Part shown: positions 59,031 to 64,000 of the stretch, in pieces
Layout: the number at the start of each line of letters is the position of its first letter
Position numbering within the stretch: position 1 is the stretch's first letter
IMG/VR virus record: IMGVR_UViG_3300021197_000868
Coordinates: 40,931 to 104,930 of that record
Strand: one strand, 5' to 3'
Length of the DNA stretch: 64,000 bases
From: a virus
Notes under the pieces: generated by a model
What the model was told of the DNA's origin: nothing
Databases searched by the model: none
What the model saw: the letters and a program-made list of their open reading frames with translations, nothing else
Made by a program: the position numbers and the translations under genes

Positions 59031-60113
59031 CATGAAGTTCTCTAGTGTAGTACCTTCTAGTCCACCCTTCGGTATCTTAGGGTACTTGGGATTGCCATTC
59101 TTCTTCTTCTTACCTTTGCGCTTGTCCTTACCCTTGGGTAGAGTAGCCTTACGCTCACAAGATATACACTTACAAGTGTCAGCATTGATTGACTCAGGTA
59201 TGTAGTATCGCTTACACTTCTTACACTGTATGTTACCATCCTTGTTAGTCTTGGCATCATCTATGTAACACGACTTGCATTCACGATTCTCAGTTATACT
59301 CAGTCTAGTAAACGACCCACTACAAGTAGGGCACTCTTGATTCACTTCATAGAGTACCTCAAGTGCTGCTACTCTCTCAGGGTTGCCACACTTACAGTCT
59401 CCCTTGTCATCATCGTGAACCCAAGATATGTCACCACATTCATGACACCCTAGTAGTCTGAAGTCCTTTGGTATCTTCAACTCATCCACTGTATCTTCTT
59501 CTTCAGCCCAGTATGTAGAGGGAGTGGGTTCATCATCGAAAGATATTGACTTCTTCTTAGGGGCAGCGAACAGTCGCTCACCTACAGGTATGTCACAACA
59601 CTCAGCCACATACACTTGCTGTGCATAAGTCTCAACAGCATGAGTACAGTATGATGCACGAACCCATTTGATGATAGAGGCTGCATCAGGTTTGACAACA
59701 GCACCCATCAAGTGAGCAAGGATAGCCAACTGAACACCAGTACGACCATGACCACCTACACACTGTGTAGATACAGTCTTGATACCGAGTCGCTTGAAGT
59801 CATCGACTAGAGTGAGCCACCACTGACGACCTACGTCTTGAGGTATGTCAAAGTCAGGCCAGTCCATACTGATGAAGTGTATGTCATTACCTATGTGCTC
59901 AGCGCAACGGAAACCTTTGGGAACTACAGTAGGATTACGCCCATCCATAACTTGAGCAGGGCCCATAGCAACATCAGGGGCAGGTGACATAAGATGCCAA
60001 CCACCATTACGAGTATGCCCACCAGCATGTACACTGATACCATCTACTTCAAACACAACAGGGTTACCTGTGTGACATCCACTCTTACTTACTGCTCCAT
60101 TCATCCAGTTCAT
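59013..60113 (-). CDS. CX5R (PTP/dual-specificity) phosphatase with C-terminal zinc ribbons
   Basis: WPD loop (DWPDF), P-loop QCVGGHGRTG, VR....AVET..Q; several CxxC pairs; Lys-rich tail. Confidence 0.88.
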   Translation of the reverse strand: MNWMNGAVSKSGCHTGNPVVFEVDGISVHAGGHTRNGGWHLMSPAPDVAMGPAQVMDGRNPTVVPKGFRCAEHIGNDIHFISMDWPDFDIPQDVGRQWWLTLVDDFKRLGIKTVSTQCVGGHGRTGVQLAILAHLMGAVVKPDAASIIKWVRASYCTHAVETYAQQVYVAECCDIPVGERLFAAPKKKSISFDDEPTPSTYWAEEEDTVDELKIPKDFRLLGCHECGDISWVHDDDKGDCKCGNPERVAALEVLYEVNQECPTCSGSFTRLSITENRECKSCYIDDAKTNKDGNIQCKKCKRYYIPESINADTCKCISCERKATLPKGKDKRKGKKKKNGNPKYPKIPKGGLEGTTLENFMRGDYD

Positions 60114-62398
60114 TGTGACCCCTCCTTTGTTTCTTTACCAGTGAGAGCACTGATGAAGCCCTCCTTGTCCTCTTGTTTAGCGAGATACTTATTGAGTACA
60201 CCAACCATATCAGAGTAGTCTAGGTCATTCATATCCAGTGCTGAGTACAACTTCTTGAACTCAAGTGGAGTAGGCATGAACTCCTTCGCTTTGATGAGTG
60301 CTATCTGTTGCTTGACTGATGCTCTAGTCTCTACTACATCACCAACCAACCACACATCTAACTTGGTAGGGGTGAGCATGATTGTCTCAGCACCGTCAAA
60401 GATACCAGCATGTGTCTCTTCAGGAACTTCTGAAGCAGGGGCATTAGCGGCCCATGACTTGAAGGTAGCACAAGTACCACAAGTTTCTACACCACACATG
60501 ATGAAGTTCTTGTTGTTAGGTGAGTTGAACGAGCCTTTCTCTCCATGTCTGAAACCAGCGGGCATAGTTTGAGCAGCCTCCTTGATTACATCAGGTACAT
60601 TCTTACTGTATGCTATAGGATTCTTACGCCACCAAGCAGGAGTCTTCTTCATTACGAAGTCAAGTATCTCATCCCAGTCATTCTGAGGGGAGTCCGCTGC
60701 CTCTCTTTCATCATTACCAAGTATCATTTCTGAAGCCATAGCATACACTGCTGACATGTTCTTGAAGTCAGAGCGTAGATTGAAACCAGCAGTACCTGCA
60801 TCAAGAGCACGCCCACTCAACCACTTGTTGAACAGTTGACCATTGTTGTGTACTGCATTCTCAGCAGTGTTTGCTGCTTGAACTACTAGGTCGAAGTCCT
60901 CTTGAGTAGGGTCGTCCATGAAGTTAGATATTGCTAAGGCAAGGGTCGCTCCCTTCTGCATAGAAGTACCCCATGCTACACCACCGAAAGACTTCGACCA
61001 GTCTTTGTTGAAGTTCTTTGCTAAGTAGGACATCATCTTAGCCATCTGCCTATAGGTAGGAGCGATATGTCCTACAGCAGCATAGTAGTGAGCACGAGTT
61101 GAGTCTAGGTGTGGAGTGTCATTGATTTTCTTCCATACATCTGAGCCAACACATGAAGTCATGGTAGCAAAGAGAGGAGCGCCGGCATTAGTCTTGAGTG
61201 ACTGAGCGTGTCTCATTTCACCAAGACCTAGAGCCATCATTGACTTAGGTAACCAGCCAGCAAACACACCAGCAAGATAAGCAGTGTGCTTGACATCACC
61301 GTAAGGTACACTGACATACTGGTGGAAGAAGGTGGATAGCCAACCATGTTGCTTAGCCCAGTACATGTTAGCATCATTCAAGCCACGCTTGAAGTCATCA
61401 GCAAAGGCATATGGTTTGTATGGCTTAGGAGTAAACTGATGCTCATTGTCAAGTACAGCCCAACCCATAGCGGGTTCGACCCAACGGTCACCGACATTGA
61501 CTGATTCAGTGATAACATAAGGTACACCAACACCACGACAGTGAGCATAGATGTGAGAGAGGCGAGAGCCATTTGGTTCCACTACCATGAACCCATCAGG
61601 ACACTTCTCTTTGGTGATGTTCTCCTCAAGCCATGCGACTTCTTCAAGTCCACTCATGACGATGAACTCCTTGATAACTACTTCACCTTGCTGAACCATG
61701 CCGATAACATCAACACCTTCAGGTGGAGGAGCAACTTGTGTGTGCTCAGGACAACCACGTATTTGTGTAAGGTAGCCCTCTTTAGCCTTGTGTATATCCA
61801 AGACTCTTCTTTCACTCTCAAGTTCGCCAGTGTCGAACACGAACTCAAGTTCATGCACCATTGGGTCAAGTCCCAAAGCAACCATAGCGATGTTGTCACT
61901 ATGACTTGCCTTACGTAAAGGCATGGATAACTGTAGTCCACTACCGGCAGTTACACCATCATGGTCAGGGCCAAAGGTAGCATAACCTATGAAGTCGTCA
62001 TGACTCAAGGCGACTACTGCACTGTTGTTGGCAGGTACGAAAGGCATCAGCATGAGACAACCATTGGGGTCTTCCTTCAGCATGATGTCACGTAGTCTTA
62101 CAAACTCAGCCCTGAGTTGCTGTACATTGTTACATCTGATTGACTCAAGTACACCATGTCTAGGTGTCTCAGGACAAGTCCTCAAGAAAGCAGGGTAGCC
62201 TGTTATCTCACCAGCCGACTCAGCATGTAGTACTACATCTTGTAGTAACAAGGGTATACTCTGTGGTACATCCCAGTCTTGTGGTATACTGAAAGACTTG
62301 TACGCCTTAGTATATCTAAACAGGGCTGCTGCCTTCTGAGACTGTACTTGTGCCAGTCTATCTTTATCATTCAGTTCTTCTAGTGTTAGTTTCTTCAT
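60110..62398 (-). CDS. PPDK/PEP-synthase-like dikinase: ATP-grasp, phospho-His swivel domain and unknown C-terminal domain
   Basis: ATP-grasp landmarks QKA, FLRTCP..PRHGVLES, MPFV...SAVV, GVTAG, ELEFV and YLTQIR; His domain GSRLSHIYAHCRGVGVP. Confidence 0.75.
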   Translation of the reverse strand: MKKLTLEELNDKDRLAQVQSQKAAALFRYTKAYKSFSIPQDWDVPQSIPLLLQDVVLHAESAGEITGYPAFLRTCPETPRHGVLESIRCNNVQQLRAEFVRLRDIMLKEDPNGCLMLMPFVPANNSAVVALSHDDFIGYATFGPDHDGVTAGSGLQLSMPLRKASHSDNIAMVALGLDPMVHELEFVFDTGELESERRVLDIHKAKEGYLTQIRGCPEHTQVAPPPEGVDVIGMVQQGEVVIKEFIVMSGLEEVAWLEENITKEKCPDGFMVVEPNGSRLSHIYAHCRGVGVPYVITESVNVGDRWVEPAMGWAVLDNEHQFTPKPYKPYAFADDFKRGLNDANMYWAKQHGWLSTFFHQYVSVPYGDVKHTAYLAGVFAGWLPKSMMALGLGEMRHAQSLKTNAGAPLFATMTSCVGSDVWKKINDTPHLDSTRAHYYAAVGHIAPTYRQMAKMMSYLAKNFNKDWSKSFGGVAWGTSMQKGATLALAISNFMDDPTQEDFDLVVQAANTAENAVHNNGQLFNKWLSGRALDAGTAGFNLRSDFKNMSAVYAMASEMILGNDEREAADSPQNDWDEILDFVMKKTPAWWRKNPIAYSKNVPDVIKEAAQTMPAGFRHGEKGSFNSPNNKNFIMCGVETCGTCATFKSWAANAPASEVPEETHAGIFDGAETIMLTPTKLDVWLVGDVVETRASVKQQIALIKAKEFMPTPLEFKKLYSALDMNDLDYSDMVGVLNKYLAKQEDKEGFISALTGKETKEGSQ

Positions 62399-62439
62399 TT
62401 GTCATTCCTCTGTTTTTTGCTGTCTCTATTTTCTGATGT

Positions 62440-62474
62440 TGCTTTAAGTAGTGAACTACTCAGTCTCCTCTTCT
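62440..62474 (-). promoter_or_regulatory. Conserved promoter/intergenic repeat upstream of the dikinase
   Basis: 35-nt exact copy of 58461-58495. Confidence 0.8.
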
Positions 62475-62929
62475 TGATTATAATTTAGTACCTTGTTGAC
62501 CCATGACCCATCATCTATAGCCTCGTCTGATGAAACCTGAACGTACATTCGTAGGGTTAGTGGAGGGTGTTTAGCACCCTCTACCATCTTCCGATACTTG
62601 TTGAGTCTTCTTTGCGTCTTCTGTCCGTAAGACCATGTGTAACCGTAGCCACCTACAATCCATATCATCTCATCGTTGGATAGGTCAGTTGCTTTAGTCT
62701 TCTTAGTCTTGGTAAACAAAGCACCTACCTGACAGTTATGGATGTCACGAGTCAACATTCTATCTATGTCTTTGCGAAAGTCAGCAGTGTATAGATTTGA
62801 AAGGTCACAGTTGTCTAAGAACTTAGTAAGTGACTCCTCATTTATCTTGCCAGTAAGAAGTATACTATTCTCATGTTTCTCTATAGATACGGTACTATCG
62901 TTGTCGTCGTTGTCTTCTCTCACAGTCAC
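62456..62929 (-). CDS. Hypothetical protein (start probably GTG 62929)
   Basis: GGAGGTGA RBS and GTGA overlap with the glycosylase stop; ends EEETE* inside the repeat. Confidence 0.65.
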   Translation of the reverse strand: MTVREDNDDNDSTVSIEKHENSILLTGKINEESLTKFLDNCDLSNLYTADFRKDIDRMLTRDIHNCQVGALFTKTKKTKATDLSNDEMIWIVGGYGYTWSYGQKTQRRLNKYRKMVEGAKHPPLTLRMYVQVSSDEAIDDGSWVNKVLNYNQEEETE

Positions 62930-63432
62930 GCCGTCACCTCCACGCCTTGCCACCAGTCGGGAGTAGGTGTGCCCTTCTCCCACTTGGCGAACTGCTTGCT
63001 GTGGTAGTAGGCTCGGTAAGCCTTGACAGGATTGTCGTCTTTGTATTCGTCAGGCATAGCCTGAGCAGGTGGAGTAAGATGTCCGAAAGGTATCAGTCCT
63101 GATAACCGAACCATGTCTAGGATTGGTTGCTGGCAAGCGTGCTCTTTTTTGAACCGCATCTGATATTCACGACACAAAGCAGTACCATGTACTAACAACC
63201 AGTGGAAGTTACCGAAGTTAGTAGATGCCCACACTGTACATGGATGATGCTTGTAGCCTCCTTTGTAAGGAGTCCCTGACTTAGTGAGTGGCATTTGTTT
63301 ATCAGTAGCACCGTGAGTACGTAGGGCTGATGCTAACATCTGTGCTGCTTCGACACACATCTTAGGAACATGCTTGTCGCAGTGCATCTGTGCTGCTTTC
63401 CAAGGGTCTGTATGTAGATAAAAGATATTCAT
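62926..63432 (-). CDS. Pyrimidine-dimer DNA glycosylase-like protein (DenV-related phage family)
   Basis: MNIFYL..AAQ.HCDKHV.KM.VE.AQML, HPCTVW and ALC.EY..RF.K.H. Confidence 0.82.
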   Translation of the reverse strand: MNIFYLHTDPWKAAQMHCDKHVPKMCVEAAQMLASALRTHGATDKQMPLTKSGTPYKGGYKHHPCTVWASTNFGNFHWLLVHGTALCREYQMRFKKEHACQQPILDMVRLSGLIPFGHLTPPAQAMPDEYKDDNPVKAYRAYYHSKQFAKWEKGTPTPDWWQGVEVTA

Positions 63433-63566
63433 TAGAAAACCTCCCTATGTCCACACTTGCTGCATTGTAGTATGCCTTTCTTAGTAGCAGGGTAGTAAGC
63501 CCCTTTCTTATTCACTTCATACTTAGCGAGTATTAGTTCGCCGTCTTTACATGCTATACATTTCAT
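63432..63566 (-). CDS. 44-aa zinc-ribbon protein (not in ORF track)
   Basis: Manual translation MKCIACKDGELILAKYEVNKKGAYYPATKKGILQCSKCGHREVF; ATGA and TAATG overlaps. Confidence 0.72.
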   Translation of the reverse strand: MKCIACKDGELILAKYEVNKKGAYYPATKKGILQCSKCGHREVF

Positions 63567-63853
63567 TCTTCTTCCTCTCCTTCTCTAAACTCAGCCCAGT
63601 AGTCATCAGCAAAAGCAGCCATTCTTGTGTAAGTATCATTCATTGTTAAACCACATACCACACAAGTCCTACTCATCACCATCTCTCCGTAGTGAGAGTA
63701 TACGGTAGGCTGGTTGTCTTGCCATTGATGGTCACCAACCTTACAGATTCTCTCACTATACTGGTTTGACTTGAACTCCTCATACCGTTTCATTCTAGCC
63801 TGTAAGTCATTCAGTTCTTGTCTTAGTGATTCTCTAGTTACTGTCATCTTCAT
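63563..63853 (-). CDS. Hypothetical protein (coiled coil plus C..H..CxxC)
   Basis: ATGA coupling; GGAGG RBS. Confidence 0.65.
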   Translation of the reverse strand: MKMTVTRESLRQELNDLQARMKRYEEFKSNQYSERICKVGDHQWQDNQPTVYSHYGEMVMSRTCVVCGLTMNDTYTRMAAFADDYWAEFREGEEEE

Positions 63854-64000
63854 TCCTCCTTTGGTTTATACATAGCACCCATAGTCTCTTTCAACTCAAT
63901 ACGCATTTCATGTACTAAACTAGGTAGTCCTGATGCTTGGCCGTTGGCCCACTTAGTAACGAAGTCCAGTATAGCCATTCGATGTGATTTGTCAAAGTTG
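63850..64000 (-). CDS. C-terminal part of a hypothetical protein (runs off the window)
   Basis: Open frame ...NFDKSHRMAILDFVTKW...KPKEE*, overlapping the next ATG. Confidence 0.55.
   Translation of the reverse strand, partial: NFDKSHRMAILDFVTKWANGQASGLPSLVHEMRIELKETMGAMYKPKEE

Noticed and set aside
54200-62474. Intergenic repeats as a CRISPR array or integron attC sites
   Set aside because: Copies are 0.5-4 kb apart and separated by whole genes, are not palindromic, and no integrase is visible; their position fits promoters.
36287-62966. Plus-strand ORFs within the leftward arm (e.g. 57349..58044, 53574..53978, 46659..46844)
   Set aside because: They are antisense to well-supported genes and have no motifs or initiation signals.
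39991-63853. Frequent acidic C-termini (EEE, KEE, GE) as a shared targeting signal
   Set aside because: Mostly a by-product of GAGGAG/GGTGA ribosome-binding sites for the overlapping next gene.

Overview
The whole window is a tailed dsDNA virus of archaea (Caudoviricetes). Its gene set matches what is known for Magroviruses, which infect Marine Group II Euryarchaeota/Poseidoniales: HK97-type head, group II chaperonin, family B polymerase, PCNA-like clamp, RFC, fused PriS-PriL primase, ERCC4 and Cas4-like nucleases, and GGAG(G/A)TGA-type ribosome-binding sites. The host assignment is inferred, not shown. Two gene blocks converge at ~35,515. The + strand block (1-35,518) is morphogenetic: protease/scaffold, capsid, head-tail and tail genes, a probable frameshifting tail chaperone, a short tape measure, a 5,687-aa virion protein, a hub and a fibre. 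The - strand block (35,513-64,000) holds chaperonin, replication/recombination and early accessory genes. The most notable observations are: (1) a translationally coupled PPDK-like dikinase and CX5R phosphatase pair, bracketed by copies of a promoter-like repeat; (2) that repeat, which divides the early region into modules; (3) several transcription-factor-like proteins (single-repeat TFB, unlisted TFS-like zinc ribbon, degenerate LAGLIDADG, PC4, Myb-like HTH); (4) an apparently inactive DNA ligase; (5) a structured ~130-nt intergenic element; (6) apparent avoidance of GATC, AGCT and CCWGG. No tRNA, rRNA, CRISPR array, integrase or transposase was recognised. All protein calls come from reading motifs by eye; no database searches were run.
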